64,000 bases of DNA from Albugo candida (taxonomy: Eukaryota). The notes beneath the pieces were generated by a model. It did not search any database, was not told where the DNA came from, and saw only the letters and a list, made by a program, of their open reading frames with translations. The position numbers and the translations under genes were made by a program. The stretch is from positions 372,001-436,000 of the forward strand of contig JBDOQK010000009.1 of NCBI GenBank assembly GCA_040437565.1, read 5' to 3'. The first letter of the stretch is position 1; each line of letters begins with the position of its first letter. Shown here piece after piece: positions 1 to 13,319 of the stretch.

Positions 1-37
1 AATTTATCTCATTACAGAAACCGCTTCTAGTCATGGG

Positions 38-1704
38 GTGCTGAGCCCTCATCCAAGAAAGCTACAGATCTCAACGTCCGCATCGGCCCCAATGTTTTAT
101 GATTTGAAAGCTGAGCCACGAAAAGGCTCGACTACTGAGCTGATTCTAATATGGAAGCTGAAAGCACCTGGTCACGTTCACTATATAGTAGGTCCTAGCC
201 AGCATCCAGAATTGGTTGTAACATCCCCTTATAACATAAGCGGGAAGGGAGCTCGGTGGCCGGATCAAGAAGGATCCAAGTACCCTTACGATGCGATCAA
301 GACACGAAAGACTGTTCACATAAATGATGTAGAGGATATGTATTATGAGGTCGTTAGTGACTTGACAGCGGCTACAAATTACACCATTTATCTAGTGACG
401 GAGTCTGCAAGCAGTGAAGGCCTGTATGGAGAGATTGTGTCCTTGGCAGATATCAAGACATGGAGCCCTGCACCCAGACTTTTGAGTCATTCCGTATATC
501 CAACCCACTCCAAAAAAGCAAGTCTTTCCGTTGGATTTCGATTAATTGAATGCTGCTTGGTGCATGTAGCTGTCATTCAAACCGAGCCCGAGCCAGCAAT
601 GCAACATGTCGCACATGACAGCACGATTTACGGCAATCGTGTGGCATTATCCGAGAAGATAATTGCTAGATATACTGTTGAAAATGAAAACCTCTTTCAT
701 TCTGGTCGCTGGCATGAAATAAACGTTTCCGTTCCAACAAATGACGTGACGTATGATGTGTATATCGTCTCAGAAACAGCGCATAGTGATGGCGTGTTTG
801 GGAATGTCGCAGTGCACCGGAACGTACGCTGTCATCCCAATCCGCCTCGAATTGTAGATGTGAAAGTCACAGCGACTTCCGCGAAAACAGATTCATTGAC
901 AGCTTTCATGAAACTGGACGATTTAGGGAACGTGCATTATCGAGCGGTAGTAAAAGGAATCGGTCGTAGAATACAAGTTGAAGGAAATGCGACATTTCTA
1001 AAGAAACGGACTAATGATACGTGTGTCGGAATGCTCACTATCGGCAATTTGACGGAGGGAAGCTGTTATCACCTGTATTTTCGAACGGAAACGCTGAACA
1101 GCTTTGGTGTTTTCGGACCGTGGTCGTCGAGCGCGATTGAAGCATGCACCCACAAGTCCCCTGCAAATATTTTGGGTGGAAAAGTACTCGTGGAGAAAGC
1201 TTTAGACGATAACATCGCCGTACCCAAGGTGAGTTCCAAGCATAGTATGTANNNNNNNNNNNNNNNNNNNNNNNNNNNNNNNNNNNNNNNNNNNNNNNNN
1301 NNNNNNNNNNNNNNNNNNNNNNNNNNNNNNNNNNNNNNNNNNNNNNNNNNNAGAAACGGACTAATGATACGTGTGTCGGAATGCTCACTATCGGCAATTT
1401 GACGGAGGGAAGCTGTTATCACCTGTATTTTCGAACGGAAACGCTGAACAGCTTTGGTGTTTTCGGACCGTGGTCGTCGAGCGCGATTGAAGCATGCACC
1501 CACAAGTCCCCTGCAAATATTTTGGGTGGAAAAGTACTCGTGGAGAAAGCTTTAGACGATAACATCGCCGTACCCAAGGTGAGTTCCAAGCATAGTATGT
1601 ACGCGTACAAGTGTGATCTACAACAAGACGATGCGCATTCTTTCCTCCGAACCATCATAAGCAGTAAGGATAAACTGAAATTGAAGCTCTTTTCTTATCT
1701 CTGA
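38..1704 (+). CDS. Protein with repeated FN3-like beta-sandwich modules (5'-partial; may continue via a spliced exon to ~1938)
   Basis: Long ORF with three repeats of an 'L..x.Y..Y..[TS]E.....G[LV][YF]G' motif (LTAATNYTIYLVTE..GLYG; NDVTYDVYIVSE..GVFG; LTEGSCYHLYFRTE..GVFG), reminiscent of FN3 C-terminal strands. 1352-1601 duplicates 1002-1251 across the gap, so ORFs 38..1402 and 1381..1704 are one gene. Possible acceptor AG at 1714-1715 with an open frame to ~1938. Confidence 0.6.
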
Positions 1705-3546
1705 TTATTGCGTAGGGCAAAAAAGGGGTGAGTTTATCTCAACGATCAGAATAAGCGCAGTTCATGTGCACAGAGAATCGAATCAGACATCGACACTCTC
1801 TCAACCGGACGTTAACGATAATTGGGATGCTCAGAAAATCAGAGGAAAAACGTCCACTGATGACGCGAATCAATTTGATTTTGACACACAAGCGTCGATT
1901 CTTCCAGAATGGACCGACTTTTCAAAATCTTCCAGCTGATACAATCCTGATAGATAGTCCGCTTGCTAATAATAATCTATCGCGGCGAGAAAACGCTGTC
2001 TTCTGGTTTACTTAACGTACAGATCAACCAAAAACGTTGATGCCTTGCCGCATTGATTCCTCTACCGCACCACTCACTGGAAAAGGGTACCGAATGTTCA
2101 CAAGCGGGTGGAAATGGATGCTATGATGCGCCCCTCGGAATTCTCCTGATGTAGGGCCTTTGAAATAGCTGAATCAGAACCCTTTTCTTAGCCTCTGCAT
2201 TGACTGATCTCAGAAGAAGGCACCTTTTTATTCGAGAAAAACACGACTTCCTAAATGATTAAAAAACAAGAAAAGCGAGAGTTTCCAATAAAACCATTGT
2301 AGACTGCCAGCCATTTTCTTAGCAAAATCGCTGATTATACAGAACACCACGCGTCTCTGACTGGAAGGCTCGAAATCACTACTCTGCGCTTGACAGTTCG
2401 CGGAGATTGATTGTTGCAAAAAAAGCTTTCAATGCTTTCATGCTTTCAGCATGAATTGTGCAATCGTGTCCTGGTTGTTGCTCAGATCTTGCGTACGAAA
2501 AAGGCCAGCTCACCCAGCCACATTCAGCCAACTTTGCAAATATTCCTTGTGAGCTGATTCCTAAGACCATGCTCAGCATTGATGTATTGACAACCTANNN
2601 NNNNNNNNNNNNNNNNNNNNNNNNNNNNNNNNNNNNNNNNNNNNNNNNNNNNNNNNNNNNNNNNNNNNNNNNNNNNNNNNNNNNNNNNNNNNNNNNNTGC
2701 AAAAAAAGCTTTCAATGCTTTCATGCTTTCAGCATGAATTGTGCAATCGTGTCCTGGTTGTTGCTCAGATCTTGCGTACGAAAAAGGCCAGCTCACCCAG
2801 CCACATTCAGCCAACTTTGCAAATATTCCTTGTGAGCTGATTCCTAAGACCATGCTCAGCATTGATGTATTGACAACCTAGTTCAAATTGACCAGTGCTT
2901 TCGAGTGTACTTCACTACCAACGCATACTTCTCTGTAGGCCTTCTACTCGCATGCTATCATTTAATACATGTAGCAGTATTTCATAAGTATTCTTTCAAA
3001 GACCTTAAAAAGGAGCGATAACTATGAGAATCGCTGCGATCCTGAGCTTGATGAAAGCTATAGTCATGCTTCCCGACGACTGCTACCACCAAAATTTAAC
3101 TCTCACCGCTTTTAGTGGTGAGCACCCAGCTATCGACGGTACAATTTTATGCATAAAGCGAGTTGTATGGGATAGAAAGGAAAACAAAGGTATCTGAAGC
3201 TCCTTTTATGATTAGCAGGCTCATTCCGAACCATTCTATATTGTGTATATTATCGATTAGCTCAATTCGTTGTTTATTGCGACGCATCTAGCTGCTGAAT
3301 CCCTAAACGGTTTGCTTAGAATTAGTGCAGCAAGCATGTTGCTAATGAAAAGCCAGTGCTGCTGATTAGATTAGCTTTTTCGGGCCATTTAAGACTAAGA
3401 ACTTGACGCTACGTATCATCAATTTATTCGACCATCCTAGATTTTCNNNNNNNNNNNNNNNNNNNNNNNNNNNNNNNNNNNNNNNNNNNNNNNNNNNNNN
3501 NNNNNNNNNNNNNNNNNNNNNNNNNNNNNNNNNNNNNNNNNNNNNN

Positions 3547-4122
3547 TCATCCATGTTCGAATACGGAGTACGCACCTGTGGTGCAGCTTGCGCTTCTTGC
3601 CATTCTGGATGAACCGCGTCTCATCCTGCACCATACTATACCATGTTCGGGAGACCTTGCCCAGCTCCTGGACGCACCGGTGAATGCCCGAGCGCATCGA
3701 TGTGCATCACCGCGACCTTGTCCCAGCGCTGAGAGGAACATCCCTGACTTGATCGCGCTCATCATCCTTTCGTCTTTATCGCCCATCCGCTGCGAGACCT
3801 CCATCTGCGTTATCCGCGCTTGGAGGTCAAGGAGCGCTGCGAGTATCCTGCTGTTGACGTCATCGCCCCTTTCGTGGACCGTCCTTTCACCTCGAAGTAC
3901 CGCTGGAGGCGCCGTGCAGCTTTCGTGGCCGGCGTCAAAGCTAACTGGATTTGGTTCGCTTGGTTTGCCGTCAGAACCAGTGGTTGGGCTCATATCCTGT
4001 TGGCGAATGCGTAGTGTTGCCGGTGGTAAAATGATTACTGTTTGTTTTATTGGAATCTTAAACCTGCACCCCAATCCTGGTTGTCTTGCCTACCATACGT
4101 TCTGAGGTCTTGCTTGCCAACT
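3547..4122 (-). mobile_element. Ty1/Copia fragment: LTR (~3998-4122), PBS and gag N-terminus
   Basis: Minus strand reads ...CCAACA (LTR end at 3998) then GGATATGAGCCCA, resembling the half-tRNAiMet PBS GGTTATGGGCCCA. Its ATG opens MSPTTGSDG..., similar in layout to the gag start of the Copia at 5784. Truncated by a gap; the outer LTR boundary is approximate. Confidence 0.6.
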
Positions 4123-4164
4123 GTTCCTCATGCTGCATCAGCTCTTACTGATCACGCAACCCTC

Positions 4165-5563
4165 CCATCTCTGATAAAAAAAATGGAAAGCGAGATTTCT
4201 AATCAAAGAATCCTACATTACTTATCTGATAAGCTGATCCAGTTCTACTATAAAGAGCTATGCATGCATGTACAATGGAGGTTGTTACATCCTCCCGGAT
4301 TTGACTACTCGTTGTCTCTTCTTGAAATCGGTGATGAGAGAATTCCAATTAGGAACGTGACGAATATCTTTCTCTCGCTCCCATGTAACTTCGTGCTCGA
4401 GTAATCTATGCCACTTCACGAGCCATTCAGGTTTACAATCAAATTGACGCTTCTGTAGAAGCTGTTCTATGATGTGCATCGTGTCGCCACTTTCCTTGTC
4501 AAATATAAGTCGGGATGATTTCNNNNNNNNNNNNNNNNNNNNNNNNNNNNNNNNNNNNNNNNNNNNNNNNNNNNNNNNNNNNNNNNNNNNNNNNNNNNNN
4601 NNNNNNNNNNNNNNNNNNNNNNGGTCTTGCGAGTATACTGTTGGACGGTAGTTCGTCCCGCGGACACGATGATATCGATCATACTCCAGCGCAATCTGCA
4701 TAGCTTGTGAAACTGTGACACACCGGTGGCATCGTACTTCTTCATGTGGGGGACTTACTAGTCCTCGTGTAAAGTATGTAATCTTATCCAACTAGCTCAT
4801 GTACATAACTTGCATTATAGACTCACCGAAACGAGAAATATAGACTTCCACGTTCGGAATGCTCTTCTATTGCGTACAATTTATCACGCAAGCGTTCTTG
4901 TAGAGCAGGGGTAGAAATTCATCATTTACTTAAACGATCAGGTCTTGTATGTATTTGATACATGGCTTGTTCAACTTGTACCAAGCTGCGGTATTCTATT
5001 TGAAATTGGCGGTCGTGATTGTCCAAATTCAAGCACTTTGACTGACATCGCGCCAGTCAATTATCCTTTCTTCAAAGTACTAAGCCAGTTGCTCAAAGTA
5101 CAGATCGACGGATGCTCCCATTTTTCCATGAAATTGAGGCAAGCTAATCCCTTCAACATTTATTTCACTCTTGGTCATGGCTTCAAGTAATTGCTGTTGT
5201 GTTTCGACCAATTCGATCAATTCTTTCGTGATGGCGTCGGGGGACCATCCTTGGGGATTTAATGATGTCATGATAACCCAACAAAAAAAAAGACCCACCA
5301 AATAGATCCGGAACAAACGACAAATACTCTTCGAGCGGCTTTCCCAAATTCGTGACGCTAAACAGCGCGTAAGAAAAACTCCTTCCGGACGACCATCGGC
5401 TTTGAGTTATGGGACCAACAAGTGCTACCAATTGTAAGGCCGGCAGGAGGAAGCAGAGGAAAATATTTTTTATTTGATAGAAAATGGAAAGTGAGATTTT
5501 TGATTAGAGAATACTGGTTCACCTACCTGATTGGCTAATCCAGTTCTCCTACTATATAGAACT
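4165..5563 (-). mobile_element. Ty3/Gypsy chromovirus remnant (gag, integrase chromodomain, diverged LTRs)
   Basis: Chromodomain IEQLLQKR..EWLVKW..HEVTWERE at 4285-4480, followed by a purine tract and LTR start TGTAAC at 4289. Gag-like segments at 4623-5270 (ISLPQFHG..VDLYF; KITYFTRGL..EEV). PBS TGGTAGCAC at 5422-5430 next to the LTR end at 5433. 4170-4260 is visibly similar to 5474-5563. Pol is hidden in or lost at the gap. Confidence 0.8.
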
Positions 5564-8500
5564 TGTTAAAAGCAACCTGTAGTCGACCGACTTACTGAGA
5601 CAATCAATGGATTTGATCCTGGAGCGGACATAAGTCAGTGACTGAAATGGCATAGAATCGGATAATCTAGTGAAGACTAAGTGAAAAGAACATACAAGCA
5701 GGTTGAAACAAAAACATATACCCACTTCGGCCTTTGTCACCATTCACGCTAGCAGCTTCTTTTCCTCCCGTGTTTGACACGTTATGAACCCAAATCCAAT
5801 GGATGAGCCCAAGCGCCAAGCACGCCCCACGCCGTCGACGACGGAGCTAGTACAAGCTCCAGCGCGGATGAGGCTGTGGTAAGGCTGCTGGAATGATGAC
5901 GGAAATGAAAGTAGGTATCGGAGCTCGCCTTAACAGGCTAGAAGCTCGACAACTTGGGATTGACGAAGATTCAGTTGCGTCTGCCTGTAGAAGCACCTAC
6001 CGCACTTACGCGAAGGCGCGCACGGGACACGGACGCAGCATGACCATGGCCTCATTTGAAGAAAAAGCCACGCCGAGTCTGGCGCAACAAAATGCAGCAG
6101 GATTCAGGCAAGAAAGAGCAGTTGGGGCGAACGAGGGGATAGGTATTCACCCACAGAATCCTCACGAAGCTGCATTCAGACGCCCAGAAGCTCGTACATA
6201 CTTTGCGACGATGAGGGTGCTGCGAATCAGAGACGTAAAGCACGCGATTGAGGAATTTGTAGGAAAGGAGGTGTATCCTGTAATTGGAGCTGAATTCGGT
6301 CCTTGAGAAAGCGATTTCTTCGTCAAGTTCGTATCGCGAAAGAACAAAGTAAGTGCTTGTGGACTGAAGACATTTAGCTGGACGTCCTGGTAAGATATTT
6401 GATCGGCAAAGCTGGTCAGCACTTTCACAGCCAAGTGGATACCTGGTACTCCGAAAACCGCTCACGTGTGGTATGCAATGGACAAAATTGAACTTTGAAG
6501 CTTGGCCCCAGGATATCAAGGACTCAGGCATTCAAGCTCTTCACGTCGAAGAAGAAAGATTCGGTGTCATGGAATGATCACATGATGTACATGATAGCAG
6601 TGAGGGATGCTGTCGGTGGAACACCAGATCAGGTGCTTGAGAACATTGCTAAGTACGCCTATTCTCCAAGCACGTTTCAAGGAGTTCTACTCGCGCGACT
6701 AAATTCGCAACGTGATGACTTTCTGAGACAGGTGAAGGAATTGGTGCACTTCGCTCAGATGAACGATCCTACGCCTAGCTTTGGATGTAAGCCAATGTTG
6801 GCTGTCTTCAAAGCTAAGAATGCTAGCGGGCAAAGACGTAAATCTTCGCGCGAAAGCAAAAATCTGGTGCTTGTCTTCAGTGCGGAAACGAAGGACACGA
6901 CAAGCATGACTGTCCAAGCGACAAGAAGAAGATTTTTGCGCTGGGCGTTGCTGATGGGGTTGACATCACGTCCCAATGGATTCTTGACACCGGGTCGAGT
7001 CGTCATTTGGTGACAACAGAAGCGCAGCTGCTTGATCCAGTAGAGTATGATGAAGAATGCTTGAGAACGAGCGGTGAGAACATGCGAAACAAATGAACGG
7101 AAGTGCGACATTTAAGGCTTGCGTTGACGGTGATGTTTGTCAAGTAACTTTGCGTGAAGTATACTACGCAGAGAGCTCCCCGTGGAATATCATTTCATAT
7201 GGAAAGATTGAGGAGCTAGGATACGAGCACTGATATGATGGACCAAAACGTTACGTTGGCCGTCGAAGTAACGTGTGTAAAGTGCTCGATGTGCACAAGG
7301 ATGCAAGAAACGTATTGGTTGCAAAAGTCGTCAATGCCGAGGCGAAGGATAATATTGATTATGTGATTATGGCGCTCTGTGAAGCAGTAATTCTCCGTAT
7401 AGCGATGTGCAGTCTGGCAGTCTATTGGATTTTTATCTACGTTTTGGCCATCTTTCTTACGACACAATTGAGAGCATGGCACGTGACCCTGACAGTGAAA
7501 TGTCTTCCGCATAAGGAAAGGCCGACCTGCGGGACATGTGCTGACGGCAAACAACGACGAGAAAATCAATCGCGGAAAGAAACAGGACGGAAGGCGCCTA
7601 TTAAACAAGTTGGTGGTGTTATTATTAGCGGCATCAATGGGCCGATCACTTCAGCCGACAGACTTGGAAACCGGTATATGATTAATTTTGTTGACCACAG
7701 AAGTTATTACTGTCGCGTATTCCTCCCCCGTACCAAGGACAAGACGTCCAAGCAGTTCGAGCACTTTCTCGTCTATTTTGAGAAGCGTTTCAATTGCAGA
7801 ATACATTGCCTTCAAACAGATGGAGGAAGTTAATACAAACATGTGAATCCTTTTTGCAAGAGCAAAGCTGTACGTCATCAAAATTAGGAAGCTGACAATC
7901 AAGCGTCAAACGGAAAAGCAGAACGTATGCACCAGACAAGTATAAACACGGTGCGATATGGATTGCCACTAAGTTTTTGGGGAGACGCAGCAGAATATGC
8001 GGCTTATAACCTGAACCGCAGCCCTTCCCAAGGAAGTATGGGTCGCGCTTCTCCTATTGAAGTGTTGACGAACGACCTAGACTGAATGACATTGCCATCT
8101 TAAACTCGCCGTGTACTGCTATTCGTACGCCGAAGCACAAGGCAATTTACAGAAGCGGGGTGAAAGGAATCATTATCGGTAAGAACGACGAAGTTAAGGG
8201 ATACCGCGCCTTTTTAGTAAGGACCGGGTGGTACGTACCACCCGACACGTCCAGAATTTCCAGACACTAAGCGAGGAGTCTAATGAGAGGCTCATGCGAG
8301 AACTTGATGATGAATTTGAGACCAAGACTGGCGAACAGAAGACCTCGAGTACATGAAATGATGTTGGACATCGGGAGTCCCAAGCCAAAAGACAGAAGCG
8401 AAAAACGCGCGGTAAGCGTGGAGGCCAAGCAAAACGTCTAAGCCAAAATGTTGCTGACAGCACGGATGTGAATAGTCCTGGCTTGGGTATGGTATCATGA

Positions 8501-9166
8501 TACGGAGTAAACCCACCTCGCGAGATTATTGACGGGGTGTATCATGAAGATCCTACTAGTTGTAAAGCTGCCATGAAATGTGATAAAAACGCGTCGAATG
8601 GGAGGGTGCGGCACAGGTTGATATTTATTCGCCAGTTGCGAACGACACATGGGAAGCAGTAACCCGCACCGATGAAATGCGGCCGCTTCACACGAAGTGG
8701 GTGTTCAAGGCGAAGAAAAATTCGAGCGGAAACGTCGAGCGTTACAAGGCACGAATGGTGGCGTGTGGAAGCGAACAGTTTCTTGAGGAAAATTACACGC
8801 TGACATTTGTCGCGTTCATGGAAATGACGACAAGCAAGGAAAACCTAGCATTGTCACAAATATGGGGTGTGCCAGCGCGACACGGGGATGTGCCAAATGC
8901 ATATGTCAANNNNNNNNNNNNNNNNNNNNNNNNNNNNNNNNNNNNNNNNNNNNNNNNNNNNNNNNNNNNNNNNNNNNNNNNNNNNNNNNNNNNNNNNNNN
9001 NNNNNNNNNCCGTGAAGGAGTAGTGTTGGAAAGAAACGTGTAGTCGACCGACTTACTGAGACAATCGATGGATATGCTCTCAGCGCGGACATACGTCAGG
9101 GACAGAAACGGCACATAACCTTTGCCACAACCCACGATAGCAGCTTCTTTTCCTCTCATTTTGACA
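5564..9166 (+). mobile_element. Ty1/Copia LTR retrotransposon, degenerate, both LTRs present
   Basis: 5' LTR 5564-5779 and 3' LTR 9024-9166 (TGTT...TGACA, sharing TGTAGTCGACCGACTTACTGAGACAATC). PBS-like CGTTATGAACCCA at 5780; purine tract at 9014-9023. Domain order is gag, protease (WILDTGSSRHLV ~6977), integrase (C..CADGKQ, YMINFVDHRS, CLQTDGG, NGKAER), RT (KWVFKAK, YKARMVACG, HGDVPNAYV). Multiple stops and frameshifts. Confidence 0.92.
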
Positions 9167-9201
9167 GAACGATGTATGTATGTTGAATGAAGGTTGTTAC
9201 A
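9167..9201 (-). repeat. Distal piece of the Gypsy LTR displaced by the Copia insertion
   Basis: GAACGATGTATGTATGTTGAATGAAGGTTGTTACA aligns with GAGCTATGCATGCATGTACAATGGAGGTTGTTACA at 4255-4289. Confidence 0.7.
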
Positions 9202-10246
9202 ATAGCGCTCCGCAGACAATGAGACTGAATTTTGATACTGAGTGAATGTGTTATGTCACGTGGATTTCAAAGTTAGGCTTGGCATAGAGCACATTTTTTT
9301 ATCTCGGCTGTGTTCTGTGATAATAAATGAATGAAGTTTTGCCTCCCGGTAGTCGTAAGCCAAGAAATCGATGTTATTGACTTTACCCCGCCGATAGTAT
9401 TAGCATGCTTGATCGACCTGGCATTTTCACTTGCTCAATCACAACATGATAATAATCTACTGGGAGGATGCATTTTACAGAAGTTTTATCCAAATTGTCA
9501 TTTATAAAGCAGTACGGATGTACTTTAATATCGGCTGCAATGCAAATATTTTCTCGCATAACATTATAGCCTTTCTACAGAATGTGCTGAACAATTCTGT
9601 ACCATAGCCAAGATGAGTAGTATCAATTGTCAAGATTGTATAAAAGTGTTCAATCCTTTAGATGCATCATAGCGTAACATTGAAAATTGATACTACTCTC
9701 TAAGCTTTGATCTAACAATGTACTTCTGATTCCCAATTTTGATGATATGTAAAATTTGCTAATGAATTGAGAGCTTTACCTCATTACCAATAATGAAAAG
9801 AAAGTACAATGCAGAAAGAGACAGGAACTAACGCTCCGAATAATAAACACTTTCCAGAAATTAATCTTTCTGTTTAATGCACCAAAGTTATGAGCTCAGG
9901 CTAAAACGTCCGGCGAACGCGATCGTGAAGTAGGGCAAGTATGTAAAGTATTAGTCAAGCACATGAAGGAAGCCGACGGAGGGACAGATACTGGCTCATA
10001 CCAATAAAGCCTAAGAACAAATTGAAAACATCCTGCTGCCGAGATATGGAAAGTCAATGACATGAAGGCACTTGAAATCATCGCGTTTCTAATCATTTGA
10101 AGAATTCAGTCAATGATACGAGGCATGAACATGTAGCTCAAGTATGGGTTTGTTTATAAAGTCTTTTCTCAGAAATAGCTTGCATCAAAGGACACAAAAC
10201 CGCCGGAAACACCATGATTCATGAGGTGAAGTGTGGGCAATTTGAT

Positions 10247-10804
10247 GGGTGCCTTTGGTATCCACTGACCCTCTTGATAGTATTCACTCATCCCCTCATT
10301 AATTGGCTACAATTTACTCAAATTGACGTTAGACGGAGATCAATATTTACTCACTTGTAATAAGTACTACCACTCAATTCACTCGAAAGGGTAAAAATTC
10401 AGATTCTCAGCTTTCTAGATCAATCAGCCAATCTCTTATATCGCGAATACTTACAGAAAGAAAATATTAAGGTTGTTATTTTTTGATATTGAAAATAGAT
10501 TTTTCTAATATCTAGAAAGTTGTGTTTCTAATTGCAGAATTTTTACGTCTTAGATAAAAGCCATTTTCAGTAATACATATTAAAGCAAATTCAATGGTGT
10601 TTGTGCTGAGTCTATATAGTTAACAAGGTGAGTTTACTTTATAGTGTGTTTGTCGAGTTGTAGTTGAAAGTGAGGCACCGCGCGTGATGGGTGAGTGGTG
10701 TAGGTGAGTGATGAGTGATGATTACTGATGAATTTTAGCCAATGAACTAGGGGGTGAGTGAATTCTATCAGGAGGGAGGGTAAATACTGATACTAACGGC
10801 CCCC
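10247..10804. mobile_element. MITE / non-autonomous TIR element (558 bp)
   Basis: Imperfect TIRs of at least 60 bp (GGGTGCCTTTGGTA...ATTGGCTA versus TAGCCAAT...TACTAACGGCCCCC), AT-rich non-coding interior, flanked by TTGAT at 10242-10246 and 10805-10809. Confidence 0.75.
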
Positions 10805-11076
10805 TTGATATCCCGACGGCTTTTCTTTCAAATTAGAACATGCCAGCAAAAATGTTACTCTCATAACTATTTTCTTCTTGAAAAATACATAAACTATTTT
10901 ACATTCCTAACTAATTACATCCATACACACCCCAAATTGTTGCTCCAACAACTTCTTCCCAGATATATTTGTGATTGGCTAATACACAGAAAGTTTCAAC
11001 TGGGATATGCTAATACATATGACACTTTCGATCTGACACAAATTTCTATTTCTATACACTACCCGCAAGATTGCAA

Positions 11077-13150
11077 TATGCTATTCTCACCAGTTCACCA
11101 AACCTACAACACATTTGAAGAGCTCTTCAAAGATGTAAAAGAGTTTGCATCCATTGAAGGCTATGCCTTGGCTATAAAGAGCTCTACCAAACATCTGCGA
11201 TACTACATGAAGTGCGACTTAGAAAGGACATATTGGATCACAAAAAAGTTCAGCTCTGCTGATACAAAGTAAAACAGATGAAACCTTACTCAGGAAAATC
11301 GACAGGGCCAAACTGCCACCAAGTTAATTGACTGCCCGTTTTTGCTCTACGCTACAATATATTAACGTGATTCAAAATGGAGATTACTTGTGATAAATGG
11401 TCAACATAACCATGAAAAATCAAAGATATTGCTGGGCATCCAATAGCACCAAGACATACCATTGAAGCAAAAACTACAATTCAAAGGTGCTTTCAATCTG
11501 GAGCTAGATCCAGCGAGGCGAGAAAATCTCTTGAGCTGCAAGAGCATCAAACTGAGCTAGCATGAAGGACATTTACGATGAAAAGGTAAGGCATGAATTA
11601 GCCTCAGAAATTTATGTACTCAAGAATGCTATTGTTTGACTTCATTCTAATCCTTTCACTTTCCAGGGTAAGATGCGAAATCAGTCCCTCAATGGCAGAC
11701 ACAAATCGCAGCACTACTTGAGGAACTGAAGGAAGACAATACATCTCTTCAACCCAATGCAGCAAAGAAAACAATCGGACGGACCTTTTTTCGCCGATCC
11801 AAAGTCTATCAAATGGACACGACGCTTTCCTTCTGTTGTGTTGTTGGACAACACATACAAGACAAACAAGTATAAAATTCCCCTCATCCATGCTGTTGGG
11901 TTTACTTGCCTTAATTCAGCATTATAATCATCCTTTACATTACTGCCGAGGGAGCATCAGGAGGACTACATATGGGCGCTACACCAGATCAAAAGTATCT
12001 ATAACGGGGTATCCTCTCCGAAAGTCACAATCACAGATCGCGAGCTTGAGCTAGCAGGAGCTGCCCAGGAAGTATTCCCAACAAGCACGCATCTCTTTTG
12101 TCGTTGGCATATTAAAAAAATGTGCTGGCAAACTGTAACGGCAAATTTGGTACTTCAATAGAATTTGATGACTTCATGAGTGATTGGTCACACTAAGTAT
12201 GTTTTTCATGAAAAAACGCAGATTTCATTAATATCTAATTACAAGAATCATTCTTGCAGTTGCAGAACAGCATCCTAAAAATTTTACCAGCTCGTGGGAA
12301 AAGATGAAAATAAAGTATGAATCAAATCTTGCTGTACTTGGAAGAGACATTGCTTGTGCACAAGGAACGACTTTTAACAGCATGGACAAAGTTCTACCCT
12401 AACTTCGTGAATTTTAACACATCGGTAGTTGAAGGAGCACATACCACAATCAAAAGATGGTTTAACGTGTCAACAATAGATTTACGTAATGTAAGAGCCA
12501 AGTTAACTGATTGTCTATAGCGGCAAGTGAGGGAGCTTCGGACAGCAGTTGCAGCACAGAGAATTGAGTCTACCATGATCTGAATGACACGATATATGAT
12601 GATGTAGTGCGTAAGGTGTCTCCCTTTGCTCTCAGAAAAAAAGATGAAATCAAGGAGGGCTTGGCTGGCAATAAGGCAAGGACTTGCACGCATTCTTTCA
12701 AAGCAATTTACGGTATACCCTGCTGGCACTCCCTTTCCAAAAAATCGATAATGAAGAAACTCTCTTACCACCCGACATCGACCAACAATGGCGCCTTCTC
12801 CAGAAATCGAGTCAACAGTCTCAGAGGATGCTAAAGAAGATTCAGAGACTGGTATTGGAGGATTTCGGTAAATTGTGCAGCGACTTGAGACAACTTACCA
12901 AGGCTTGACCTCCAGTGAACAAAAGGAAAGTTAGGTTCAACTTATGCAGATGGCAACCCAGAGATCAATAGCACCAAATTCCCCTGTACTATATTCAAGC
13001 AGCGATGAAGACCAGCAGGATCAAAGTAGCCTATTCAGAATGAAGCTTCCAAAAAAACGAGACCTGTCAGCAATTTCAGCATCAGACATAGGGAAAATGC
13101 AGGTGTGCTCATTACGGGAAAATAGACCATAAATAGCGGTCTTGCCGAAT
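11077..13150 (+). mobile_element. Mutator-like (MULE) transposase pseudogene
   Basis: FAR1-like N-terminus (FASIEGYALAIKSS..YMKC..CPF..HNH) and core motifs LLDNTYKTNKYKIPLIHAVG, ITDREL, LLCRWHI, TSVVEGAH, CTHSF..YGIPCWH, spread over several frames with stops. Confidence 0.85.
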
Positions 13151-13319
13151 TCGGGTTACAAGCTTAGATCCAGGACAAGCTTTAATAGAAAACTAGATAT
13201 TTTTCTTCACAGTTGTTTTTCATTATATATTTTATGTTCGGGTGTTAGTGTATGGTAACTTGTGCATCTTTACGACGCATTATAGCTCAACAAACTGGCA
13301 ATGAATCGTCTATTGATTA

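Noticed and set aside
5391-5432. Possible tRNA-Met gene
   Set aside because: Only an anticodon-arm-like segment, with no acceptor stem or T-arm; reported as a TE feature instead.
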